Positions 38,282-47,815 of a stretch of DNA of 48,052 bases are shown here, one piece after another. The notes below the pieces were generated by a model. The model saw nothing but the letters and a program-made list of their open reading frames with translations, was not told the DNA's origin and made no database searches. Each line of letters opens with the position of its first letter. Position 1 is the stretch's first letter. The stretch is from Thermoprotei archaeon (lineage in GTDB: Archaea > Thermoproteota > Thermoprotei_A > EX4484-217-1). The stretch spans positions 1-48,052 of the forward strand of contig JAGGUY010000001.1 of NCBI GenBank assembly GCA_021158265.1, in the 5' to 3' direction. Both the position numbers and the translations under genes were made by a program.

Positions 38282-39181
38282 TTACTTTAATGCTCTACCG
38301 CAGCATGGACAGAATACCCTATTACCTGTAAATTCGCAACCGCAGTAGGGGCATTTTCTTAAGCTTGTTTTAGCGAAAATGTTTCTTCTAATCCTATCAG
38401 GACTTTTCTCATATTTTTTAGCAATTATTACTGCACCTTCCATTAGAAGTACCATTGGTATGAAGAGTACGAAATCAGCTATAGGTCCTCCGTCAGGCGT
38501 TATTATTGCTGTAAGTATGAATAGGGCTACGTAGAAAATTCCTCTATTCTTAGTTATAATTGATGTATCTATAAATCCTAGTCTAACAAGAAGAACAAAG
38601 ATTACTGGGAAAGTGAAAGCTAAGCCTGTAAGTAATGTAACTACAAAAACGAGCCCATAGAAATCACTTACATATATTAGAGGTTGTGCTCCAACAATTG
38701 AATAGAAAGGTAATGATGCTCTTATTAGGAAAGGTACTAGCAAAAATAATCCGAAGAGTGAACCTACTGTGAAAAGCGCTCCAAAAGCCATTAAGTAGGG
38801 GTAGGCCATTTGTTTTTCATGGGGGTAAAGTGCGGGATCAACAAACTTATAAACTTCATAAACTATTACGGGCATGTTTATTATTACTCCTAAAATAAAG
38901 GATGATATGAGATACAGTTCTATAGGTGCCATAAACTTCATTCCTATAAGCTCTACACCTTGCGGTAAAGCATAAGCTCTTATGAAATCAAGAAGTACGG
39001 CTACAAGGGGTTTGTAGAGCATGAAAGGGTTTTCTAAGAAACTTAAGTCGCCAGGAATAATCATTAGTGCAAGTGTGGTTACTCCGACACTTATAGCTAT
39101 AACCTTTAATCTTTGCCTAAGTTCTTCCAAATGTTTTTCAACGGGCTGTTTTTCATTAGAAGAAGCCCTCTTTTCACCCAT
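38282..39181 (-). CDS. tatC: Twin-arginine translocase TatC with C-terminal zinc ribbon
   Basis: HLEELRQRL, FVDPALYPHEK, AIITPD; CPYC..CPCC tail. Confidence 0.9.
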   Translation of the reverse strand: MGEKRASSNEKQPVEKHLEELRQRLKVIAISVGVTTLALMIIPGDLSFLENPFMLYKPLVAVLLDFIRAYALPQGVELIGMKFMAPIELYLISSFILGVIINMPVIVYEVYKFVDPALYPHEKQMAYPYLMAFGALFTVGSLFGLFLLVPFLIRASLPFYSIVGAQPLIYVSDFYGLVFVVTLLTGLAFTFPVIFVLLVRLGFIDTSIITKNRGIFYVALFILTAIITPDGGPIADFVLFIPMVLLMEGAVIIAKKYEKSPDRIRRNIFAKTSLRKCPYCGCEFTGNRVFCPCCGRALK

Positions 39182-39246
39182 GGAGAATCACTAGCGTATT
39201 CTTTGGAAGATTAAAAAAGTTATTTTACACTATGACTTATCTAAAC

Positions 39247-39531
39247 CTACTTTTTACTCTTAGTTTTCTCCATTATTTCCTGAAGTATTTGTTCTTTAGT
39301 TTTACCTTCTGTTTCTATACCTAAGCTCTTGGCTAGCTCAATTATTTTCTCATCGACGTTCTCCTCAGCCTTACTTTGGGGTTCCTCAAATATTCCCTTT
39401 GAAGCTTTTTCAAACTCTCTCTTAGCTTCACCTATTGCTCTAGCTAGTTGAGGCAGTTTCTGGGGACCCCAAAGTATTAGTAAACCTATAAATATTAGAA
39501 TAAGGATCCATTCCCATGATGTTATTACCAT
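39247..39531 (-). CDS. tatA: Twin-arginine translocase TatA
   Basis: TM helix then WGPQKLPQLARAIGEAKREFEK. Confidence 0.9.
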   Translation of the reverse strand: MVITSWEWILILIFIGLLILWGPQKLPQLARAIGEAKREFEKASKGIFEEPQSKAEENVDEKIIELAKSLGIETEGKTKEQILQEIMEKTKSKK

Positions 39532-39649
39532 TTTTAAACTATTACCTCCCCTTATGTGCTCTAAGGCTATTTGTTAAGAAGTAGTTTATAAGTTTTTACA
39601 GAGCATATAGGGGTTAGTAAAAAAGTTTTGTTAAATATTTGTCAACATT

Positions 39650-41008
39650 TTAGCCTTTAGGTACAGGCTCTACTATACCATATACGAACCAGTCAATACT
39701 CCATAGCAGATCGTGGTCCGCTACTTCTCCAGGCTTAATCCTTACATTGCCCTCTTGGTCTATTATTCCTCCCCAGTCTGGAAACATTTCTGCCCAGAAG
39801 CTGCCGTTCCATGGATCCCAGTATTTCTGCTTTATAAGGTCTGTCTTAGATACTATAAGGTCTATTGCCCATTCCGGTACGCCTTTCTTCATAAGCTCTG
39901 TTCTCATGTCACCCCATTCCGGTGCCCAATAGTATGCTGCACCTATTCCTTTTCTCCACCCTTCAATAGTGTCTGCTCCATCACCCATTAGCCACCATAG
40001 ATCCATGCTTCTAGGTATCCCTGCTAGGTGGTATGCTAATATGTACTCGTACATTTTACCCCAATCTACTAATTGGCCCATTAGGTGGGCGTTTGGTCCA
40101 TAATCTATCATGCTGCTGTAGTGGCTGTAACTCCATACCTTCTTTCCTTGTGCTTGAAACTCTTCTGCGACCTGAAGTACTGCTGGCGAGTCTTCTGTGA
40201 ATGCGAGTACGTCCGCGTTGAACTGGTTTACTAGTGTTCTAGCGGCGTCAGCTGCTGCTGGCGGATCATACCATGAGTAGAGCCATTTAACATGTATTTC
40301 AACTTTCTTTAGGTCATCTGCTGATAGCTCTCCTCTCTTATATCTATGGTATAGGCCCTCCCAAATGCCTAGAACCCAGCTGTTAATGTGTCTTACTACT
40401 TCAGGTATGGGGTATGCTGCAACATATCCGAACTTAAGTGTTTTTGAAATTGCCCCGGCTACTACACCATTTAGGTAATATGTTTGGTAAAGTTCTGCGA
40501 AGTATGTTCCCATGTTTTCCCATCGTTTGTAGCCGGAGCAGTGCCAGAACCATATGTCTGGGTGCTTCTTTGCTGCTTCAAGGGTTGGGTCCATGTATCC
40601 GAAGCTTGTTGTAAATATTACTTTAGCTCCTTGGTCAATTAAGTTCTCTATTGCAGAGCCAACTTGTGCTTCAGGTACGCTTTCAACATATACTGTTTCT
40701 ATTTTGTCTCCGAAAACCTTCTGAACATATTCTCTACCAGCATTGTGAGCATAGGTCCATCCGTAGTCGCCTATTGGTCCAACATAGATAAATCCAACCT
40801 TTATCTTACCAGCTGCGGGAGTGGCTGTGACAGTTTTTGTTACTGTTGTTGGTGCTCCACCGGCGGTTACTGTTGTCGTTTCAGTAACTGTTTTTGTAAC
40901 CTCTTTTGCTGGTGCTGAAACGTATCCTCCTCCAAAACCGAGTGCCGCTCCAACAATAAGTCCTCCAATTAGGCCTTTAAGGAAGTCCCTCCTAGAAACT
41001 TCACCCAT
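39650..41008 (-). CDS. BMP family purine/nucleoside ABC substrate-binding protein with Tat signal
   Basis: SRRDFLK signal; KVGFIYVGPIGDYGWTYAH, TTSFGY, PIPEV. Confidence 0.9.
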   Translation of the reverse strand: MGEVSRRDFLKGLIGGLIVGAALGFGGGYVSAPAKEVTKTVTETTTVTAGGAPTTVTKTVTATPAAGKIKVGFIYVGPIGDYGWTYAHNAGREYVQKVFGDKIETVYVESVPEAQVGSAIENLIDQGAKVIFTTSFGYMDPTLEAAKKHPDIWFWHCSGYKRWENMGTYFAELYQTYYLNGVVAGAISKTLKFGYVAAYPIPEVVRHINSWVLGIWEGLYHRYKRGELSADDLKKVEIHVKWLYSWYDPPAAADAARTLVNQFNADVLAFTEDSPAVLQVAEEFQAQGKKVWSYSHYSSMIDYGPNAHLMGQLVDWGKMYEYILAYHLAGIPRSMDLWWLMGDGADTIEGWRKGIGAAYYWAPEWGDMRTELMKKGVPEWAIDLIVSKTDLIKQKYWDPWNGSFWAEMFPDWGGIIDQEGNVRIKPGEVADHDLLWSIDWFVYGIVEPVPKG

Positions 41009-41180
41009 ACAGAGAAACCCCCTTTTACACCATAATTTTGCCTTACATTCTTATTAAACCTTTGTAAAAAGGTTTGCTACAGAGATTAAAAAGTCTTATT
41101 ATGAATATGTTAGTGAACACGTTAATCTTATAGTCCTTTCTCCACTTTAAGTTTAAAACAAATATATAAAAATATATGTT

Positions 41181-42152
41181 CTACTCTCTTGAGTAAGGTT
41201 TACCTAGAGCTTCTGGTGCTCCTATTCTCTTCCTTAAAGCTTCAATAGACATTATGGTTAGTATTATTATTGCTGAAATATGCGGTACAGCCTTAAGCAT
41301 AACCACAGTTGCTCCTCCAAAGTATCCTTGCAACCAGTAAAATAATGCTTCAAGTGCTCCGAAGAAGTATGCTCCTATAATTGCTCTCAGAGGATCCCAG
41401 AACGCGAAAATTACTAGTGCTATAGCTATCCATCCTCTACCTAAAATTACTGTTTCACCAGCTATTTGAGTAGCTATCTTTATTATTAAATATCCTCCTG
41501 CAACACCTGCTAAACCGCCGCCTATAATTGTTGTTATATATCTTAATCTGAAAACGTTTATTCCAGCAGCATCTGCTGCTGCTGGGTTCTCACCTACAGA
41601 TCTAATGTTTAGACCTGTTCTTGTTCTGTAAAATATGAACCATAGCAGTATTCCTAGGAATAATCCGAAATATGCCATAACATCTAAGCTGAAGAGGCTA
41701 CCTATTACTGGTATGTTGCTTAAACCTGGAATCTTTATTGAAGTAAACGCCGCCTTAATCTTAGGTATTTTGAGGAGCGCTTGCGGCCCTAGAATAACGT
41801 CTCTTGCGTATCCTCTGAAGGTAACCCCTATTCCTACTCCAAAAATGTAAATCGCTAATCCGCTTGCAAACTGGTTCAGCTTAAGAGATACTGTGGCGAA
41901 CGCATGCACTGTCGCTAAAGCTGCAGCAGCCACGAAAGCTGCTAATATGCCTAGCCAGGCATTTTCTGTAATTAGAGCAACTATAATAGCTACTGTAGCT
42001 CCTATCTCCATAAGTCCCTCTAAACCTAAGTTAACAACGCCTGCTCTTTCAGATAAGACCTCACCTAAAGTGGCTATTAGATAAACAGTACCTATTGTTA
42101 ATGCTTGTATTAGGAAGAGATTTATTAGGTCGAGATTCAACAGATATTTCAC
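41181..42152 (-). CDS. Nucleoside ABC permease
   Basis: ERAGVVNLGLEG, VGENP, GRGWIAIALV, APEALGKPY. Confidence 0.9.
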   Translation of the reverse strand: MKYLLNLDLINLFLIQALTIGTVYLIATLGEVLSERAGVVNLGLEGLMEIGATVAIIVALITENAWLGILAAFVAAAALATVHAFATVSLKLNQFASGLAIYIFGVGIGVTFRGYARDVILGPQALLKIPKIKAAFTSIKIPGLSNIPVIGSLFSLDVMAYFGLFLGILLWFIFYRTRTGLNIRSVGENPAAADAAGINVFRLRYITTIIGGGLAGVAGGYLIIKIATQIAGETVILGRGWIAIALVIFAFWDPLRAIIGAYFFGALEALFYWLQGYFGGATVVMLKAVPHISAIIILTIMSIEALRKRIGAPEALGKPYSRE

Positions 42153-43303
42153 CTCTTAATTATTCTAACTCTGTAATGGACGAAGAAATCACCGATAACT
42201 AACAGTATAAATATTAGTCCTTCGAAACCTACTGAAACGTAATGTGATATTCTTAGCTCCTGCTGCATAACGTATGCTGATTGCGTTAGTATTCCGAAGA
42301 ATACTGAGACAAACAGTGCCGCTATAGGGTTAAGTCTTGAAAGCCATGCTGAAATTATCCCTGTATAGCCGTATCCTGGGGTTGCTATTTCGGGCGATAA
42401 TTTTAGTAGATCGGCTGTTAAGTTTACAAAGCCTCCTAGTCCAGCTATTCCTCCGCTAATGAACATTACTAGGAGTACAAGTTTTAAATAGTTGATTCCA
42501 GCATATTGTGCGGCTTTTTCACTTTCACCTACAATCCTTACTTCATATCCTAGAATGGTCTTTGTCGATAGGAACCATAATATAATTGCTATAATTATTG
42601 CCAATATCAATCCGGCATTAATGCCTATTACGGGCAATGTAGGCATTCTTGCAACTTCTGGAATGACAGGTGTCCCCTTAAATCCTGGGATAATGCTTAC
42701 ACCCTGCTCCTTAAGGTATGCTAAGTAGCGCTCTCTAAATGCCGGATTCGCCTCATTCCATGGACCGCCTGGTGAAACTAGATACCATATTATTTGTAGC
42801 GATATGAAGTTCATCATTAAAGTCACCAGTATCTCATTAACCTTCCATCTAGCCCTTAGAAACGCAGGAACCATAGCCCAAAGCCCTGCTGCTACAAAAG
42901 CTAGGAGCGCCATTAACGGCAAATATAAAGGACCAGGCAATTCAAAACCCGCCCAATACCATATCACAGGAATCATAGCCACAACAGCTCCTATCTCGAA
43001 TTGTCCTTCGCCACCAATGTTGTAGAATGCCATTCTAAACGGTAGTATTAGTGCTAATGAGGTGAACATTATCGGTATTGAAACTTCAATAGCATTACCT
43101 AACATTTCGGGATCTGTAACAACCCTACCTATTCTAGCGTAGGCCTCCATAGGGTTGATGCCTACGGCGAGAAAGATTATTCCGCCAAGCAGTATTCCTG
43201 CTATTGCGGAAACTATAGATACTAATGCAGGTATTGCTCTGGGGATTTCAAGTCTACGTTCAACCTTAATAGCATATCTTGTACCGGGGATTTTAATAGC
43301 CAT
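42149..43303 (-). CDS. Nucleoside ABC permease
   Basis: NIGGEGQ, NEILVTLMMN, AAQYAGI, GYGYTGI. Confidence 0.9.
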   Translation of the reverse strand: MAIKIPGTRYAIKVERRLEIPRAIPALVSIVSAIAGILLGGIIFLAVGINPMEAYARIGRVVTDPEMLGNAIEVSIPIMFTSLALILPFRMAFYNIGGEGQFEIGAVVAMIPVIWYWAGFELPGPLYLPLMALLAFVAAGLWAMVPAFLRARWKVNEILVTLMMNFISLQIIWYLVSPGGPWNEANPAFRERYLAYLKEQGVSIIPGFKGTPVIPEVARMPTLPVIGINAGLILAIIIAIILWFLSTKTILGYEVRIVGESEKAAQYAGINYLKLVLLVMFISGGIAGLGGFVNLTADLLKLSPEIATPGYGYTGIISAWLSRLNPIAALFVSVFFGILTQSAYVMQQELRISHYVSVGFEGLIFILLVIGDFFVHYRVRIIKR

Positions 43304-43322
43304 AACATCTCACCTTATAAAT

Positions 43323-44891
43323 TCATTGCGCTTTCTTTTCTGAGACTGTTTTTCTCAAAGCACCACCCATCATTAACCCTATTTCCTCAATGTTTGCTTC
43401 TTCAGCCTTAACCACGCCCATTATTTCACCATTATGAATAACGGCTATTCTGTCACTTAGCATTAGAATTTCCTCAAGATCCTCAGATATTAGAAGTACT
43501 CCTACGCCTCTATTTCTTTGCTCGATAAGAACCTTTCTAACGTATTCGGTAGCTCCAACATCAAGCCCTCTTGTCGGGTATACTGCAACTATTAATCTCG
43601 TTTTTCTTCCTGGTGTTTCAGCAAGCTCTCTTGCTAGAATAAGTCTTTGAAGGTTTCCGCCAGACAATGTTCTTGCTGGTGCGAAAATGCTTGAATACAT
43701 CATGTTTAGCTCTTTAGCTCTTTTCTTAGCGAATTCGAAAATGTATGGTAGATTAAGCACTATTTTATTTTTAACAAACGGAGGGTATCTATGATGTCTC
43801 ATTATCATGTTTTCCCATATTGTTAGATTAGGTGCTGTTCCAACGTATATTCTGCTTTCAGGGATATATGCTACTCCAAGTTCGAAAATTTTCTTAGGTG
43901 AAGTGTTTGTAACATCAACTCCCGCTATAACTACTTTACCTTTTTCTGCTTTCCTCATTCCAGTTATAACCTCAGCTAGTTCCTCTTGACCGCTTCCAGC
44001 AATGCCTGCTATTCCGAGAATTTCGCCAGGATAAACCTCTAGTGATACATTTTTAACTGCCATAACACCTTTGTCGCTTAAAGCGTAAAGTCCCTTTACT
44101 TTTAGAATCGGTTCTTCAGAAACTACTTTTCTAGGCTCCTTCTTTATCCTAAATAGGACTTCTCTACCAACCATCATTTTTGCTAAGTCAGCTAAACTTA
44201 CTTTCTTAGGGTCAACAGTTCCAACGACACGTCCCTTCCTAAGAACAGTTACTCTATCACAAAGCTCCTTTACTTCCTCTAGCTTATGAGATATGAAAAT
44301 TATCGACTTACCTTCCTCTCTCATCCTCTTTAAAGTACTGAAGAGCTCCCTTGTTTCCTGAGGGGTTAAAACTGTTGTTGGCTCATCAAGTATTAGGATG
44401 TTTGCCTTCCTAATCAACGCTTTCAAGAGCTCAACATATTGTCTTTCACCCATAGATAACTGCCATATCTTAGCTTTGGGATTAATTTTGAAACCATAGG
44501 TACTTGCTAGTTCAACTATCTTCTTTTCGGCTTCCTTCATTCTCAAAACCATTCCGAACTCTTTCAACCCCAAGATCACATTCTCAACAACCGTATGGGC
44601 CATTACCAGTTTGAAATGCTGAGGAACCATACCTATGCCTAGTTTAATAGCGTCCTTAGGTGATCTAATGTTAACCTTCCTGCCGTGAATGTAAATTTCC
44701 CCTGCATCAGCCTTATATACACCATATAGAATACTCATTAGCGTTGTTTTTCCAGCACCATTTTCTCCGAGGAGACCATGTATTTCGCCGGCTTTAACCT
44801 CAAAATCAACATGGTCTAACGCCAGAACCCCTGGGAATTGCTTAACAATGCCTTTCATCAGCACTGCTGGAGGTTTTTCTTCCGAAGCCAC
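43323..44891 (-). CDS. Nucleoside ABC ATPase (double NBD)
   Basis: GENGAGKTT, LDEPT, LSGGNLQR, PTRGLDVG; probable GTG start 44891. Confidence 0.92.
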   Translation of the reverse strand: MASEEKPPAVLMKGIVKQFPGVLALDHVDFEVKAGEIHGLLGENGAGKTTLMSILYGVYKADAGEIYIHGRKVNIRSPKDAIKLGIGMVPQHFKLVMAHTVVENVILGLKEFGMVLRMKEAEKKIVELASTYGFKINPKAKIWQLSMGERQYVELLKALIRKANILILDEPTTVLTPQETRELFSTLKRMREEGKSIIFISHKLEEVKELCDRVTVLRKGRVVGTVDPKKVSLADLAKMMVGREVLFRIKKEPRKVVSEEPILKVKGLYALSDKGVMAVKNVSLEVYPGEILGIAGIAGSGQEELAEVITGMRKAEKGKVVIAGVDVTNTSPKKIFELGVAYIPESRIYVGTAPNLTIWENMIMRHHRYPPFVKNKIVLNLPYIFEFAKKRAKELNMMYSSIFAPARTLSGGNLQRLILARELAETPGRKTRLIVAVYPTRGLDVGATEYVRKVLIEQRNRGVGVLLISEDLEEILMLSDRIAVIHNGEIMGVVKAEEANIEEIGLMMGGALRKTVSEKKAQ

Positions 44892-44949
44892 TGAGAAACC
44901 ACCCAGAATCATACCTAGAAGTAATTAATTAAACTATACACTAAATCTT

Positions 44950-44975
44950 TAAGGCGTATATAAAAATCTTTCCAA
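44950..44975 (-). promoter_or_regulatory. Putative BRE/TATA for the nucleoside ABC operon
   Basis: Minus strand reads GGAAAGATTTTTATATAC, about 70 nt upstream of the start. Confidence 0.45.
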
Positions 44976-45207
44976 CAATCTAAGAAAAAGATTTTAAACC
45001 AACATAAACGACCTCCTTGAAATTGAACGATTAAAACCTCACTTGAAGGCTTCAGTGTGAAAATAGTAGGCAATGTTTAAATGAATAGAGAAAACATAAA
45101 TAATGAAGTAACATTGTTGATATTTTTAGTTGCAAATCCTAAGGAATATATTGCAATAAGAACTAATTATGTCCCAAAACATTATATTCAAGTTGAGGTT
45201 AGAAGCA

Positions 45208-46479
45208 TTGGTTTCATATGTTAAATATCTAAAATGTAGTAGATGTGGACATATATACTATCTTAATGAAAAACCAATCGTTTGTAAAAACAGAGATTTA
45301 GGAAGACTGGATATATTCTATGATTATGAAAAAATAAAGAATGTTATGACTAAGGAAGCTTTAGCGAAAAGACCATTTTATCAGTGGAGATATCGTGAAC
45401 TAATGCCTGTAAGCGATGATAAACACATTGTAACCTTAGGTGAAGGAGGAACACCCTTAATCAAAGCTAAAAGACTTGCAGAAAAATTCGGAGTAAGGAA
45501 TCTCTACTTAAAAGATGAAACAAGAAATCCGACAGGTAGTTTTAAGGATAGGGGAATGACCGTAGCGGTAAGTATGGCTCTAGAGTTCGGCTATAAAGTC
45601 ACAGTTACTGCGTCAAGTGGTAATGCAGCAGCAGCTTTAGCAGCATATAGTGCTAAAGCAGGTCTTGAAACATACGCTTTCGTTATTGAAGAAGCAGGCT
45701 ATGGTAAAGTAGCGCAACTACTCTTCTATGGTGCAAAAGTTTTCAGAGTTAAGGGGCTGGGTAAGGAGGATCCTACCGTTAAAATGATGAAAATGACCTA
45801 TGAGAAGTATGGATGGTATCCTAGCCCAAGCTTCGGACCCTATAATCCATACCAAATAGAGGGGCCTAAAGCAATATCTTACGAAATAGTTGAGCAACTA
45901 GGATGGAATACTCCAGACTGGGTAATTGTCCCTGTAGGAGCCGCTGCTTTACTAACAAGTGTTTGGAAAGGATTTAGAGACTTTAAAGAACTAGGGTTCA
46001 TCAATGACTTACCTCATTTAGTAGCGATACAGTCTACAGGCAATGCTCCATTTGTAAGGGCATGGAAGGAGAAAGCAGAACCCTTCAAAATTAAACCGTG
46101 GGATAAACCTGAAACAATAGCTACAGGACTTGAAGACCCATATCCATGGGATCATGATGGTGGTCTTAAGGCATTAAATGAAACCAAAGGTGTTGCTGAA
46201 GCGGTTCCTGACGAACTAATTTTGGAAGCAATGAAGCTACTAGCTAAATATGAAGGAATATTTGCTGAGCCTTCAGGTGTTGCAAGCCTTGCTGGATACA
46301 TGAAGCTTCTTGAAGATGGAGTAATCGATAAAGGAGACACGGCTGTTATTCTAATTACAGGTCATGGCTTAAAAGATCCAGACATAGTTAAGAAAGTTAG
46401 TGGCGATGCACCCGTAATAGAGCCAACATTAGAGAATTTTGAAAAGACCCTAAAGGAATTTTATGGTAAAACTAAGTAA
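45208..46479 (+). CDS. Threonine synthase-like PLP enzyme with non-canonical active site
   Basis: LGEGGTPL, NPTGSFKDRG, EGIFAEP, TGHGLKDP; TTG 45208 follows GAGGT. Confidence 0.82.
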   Translation: MVSYVKYLKCSRCGHIYYLNEKPIVCKNRDLGRLDIFYDYEKIKNVMTKEALAKRPFYQWRYRELMPVSDDKHIVTLGEGGTPLIKAKRLAEKFGVRNLYLKDETRNPTGSFKDRGMTVAVSMALEFGYKVTVTASSGNAAAALAAYSAKAGLETYAFVIEEAGYGKVAQLLFYGAKVFRVKGLGKEDPTVKMMKMTYEKYGWYPSPSFGPYNPYQIEGPKAISYEIVEQLGWNTPDWVIVPVGAAALLTSVWKGFRDFKELGFINDLPHLVAIQSTGNAPFVRAWKEKAEPFKIKPWDKPETIATGLEDPYPWDHDGGLKALNETKGVAEAVPDELILEAMKLLAKYEGIFAEPSGVASLAGYMKLLEDGVIDKGDTAVILITGHGLKDPDIVKKVSGDAPVIEPTLENFEKTLKEFYGKTK

Positions 46480-46760
46480 ATAAAGGCGGAAGTAAGCAGT
46501 ATTCACCATCGTTTTTACTACACAGTTCTTCTCCATAACCTCTGCAAACACATAATTACCAATATTCATAAACGGTAGAATTTGGAAGATTCGCTGTGAG
46601 ATTTAATGTAAATATATAAAATATCACTATTGTGCTTCACAATAAAATCTTAGAGAACTATTTCAAAAAGCTTATAGTATTAATTAGGAACAAACACACT
46701 AATTTATTGATTAATACTTTAATTCTAAGGGAACAACATTATATTTTGGTGACAAAAAGT

Positions 46761-47804
46761 ATGGTTTTTCTAAGATCTGTTATAACAAATCTTGTCGGTA
46801 AAGATCTTATAACAACTCAGGAATGGACCGTAGAAGAGTTGAGAGCCACATTAGAAGTTGCTAGGGAGCTTAAGAGAATGTATTACTATTTGGGACCATC
46901 GAGGATGCCTGATTATCTTAAGAAGAAAGTGTTCATAATGCTATTTTATGCCCCATCGACAAGAACGAGGTCAGCCTTCGAAACGGCAATGGAGTTACTA
47001 GGCGGGCATGCTCAATATGTTGAAGCCAGAATGACTAGGATGGGTGAAGGAGAGGCGCTTAAAGACATTGCTAAAATGTATGAAATATTCGGTGACGCTG
47101 TTGGAATAAGAATTCTAGATAAGGCAATCGATTACAAGTATGGTGAAGGACATAAGGTGATTAGAGAATTTGCAAAACACGCTAATGTCCCGGTAATAAA
47201 CATGGCTGATGATCAAGAACATCCAACACAAGCTCTAGGAGACATTATGACAATGGAGGAGAAATTGGGTAACGTTAGAGGTAAAAAGTTTGTTATTATG
47301 TGGGGTTACGCTCCAGTAATTAGGGGTTATAGTAGCATACACGCAGACATGCTTATAGCTACAAGGTTCGGTATGGATGTTGTTGTAGCTCATCCACCAG
47401 GATTTGAACTTCCTGAAAAATATGTTGAGTGGGCCAAGCAGAACACTAAGGAATCCGGGGGCTCAATAGAGTTCGTTAACGATTATAGACGAGCACTTGA
47501 AGGAGCGCATGCAGTATTTCCAAGAAGCTGGTGTTCAAGAAAATTGGCTGAACTTGGTGCTTCAAAATTCGGCGAAGAAGAACTCAGAATATACCAGAAA
47601 TACCGTGATTGGAGACTTAAAATGGAAGACCTAGACTTAATGGATAAGCATGGAATAATAACGCATGTTCTCCCTGTACTTAGAGGCTATGAAGCAGACG
47701 ACGAAGTAATGGATTCGCCAAGGTCTGTAATATATGAGCAAGCAGAAAACAATATGTTCGCTAAAGCAGCAGTTCTCCTACTTACAATGGGAGGCTTAGT
47801 TTAA
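46761..47804 (+). CDS. Carbamoyltransferase, YgeW/N-acylornithine-type (not canonical ArgF)
   Basis: STRTR, HPTQ, MWGYAP, RFGMDVVVAHP, FPRSW, HVLP; ATG 46761 follows GGTGA. Confidence 0.82.
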   Translation: MVFLRSVITNLVGKDLITTQEWTVEELRATLEVARELKRMYYYLGPSRMPDYLKKKVFIMLFYAPSTRTRSAFETAMELLGGHAQYVEARMTRMGEGEALKDIAKMYEIFGDAVGIRILDKAIDYKYGEGHKVIREFAKHANVPVINMADDQEHPTQALGDIMTMEEKLGNVRGKKFVIMWGYAPVIRGYSSIHADMLIATRFGMDVVVAHPPGFELPEKYVEWAKQNTKESGGSIEFVNDYRRALEGAHAVFPRSWCSRKLAELGASKFGEEELRIYQKYRDWRLKMEDLDLMDKHGIITHVLPVLRGYEADDEVMDSPRSVIYEQAENNMFAKAAVLLLTMGGLV

Positions 47805-47815
47805 ACCCTATCATA

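Noticed and set aside
14115..40910. Thr-rich low-complexity tracts in three binding proteins (~14120, ~28545, ~40830)
   Set aside because: Ordinary linkers of archaeal membrane-anchored solute-binding proteins
240..46340. Numerous 60-160 aa antisense ORFs in the track
   Set aside because: They lie opposite well-supported genes and are typical shadow frames
46632..46760. Long N-terminal extension of the carbamoyltransferase ORF (similarly moeA 11079-11153 and the ThrC-like 45169-45207)
   Set aside because: AT-rich promoter sequence; better starts with RBS lie downstream
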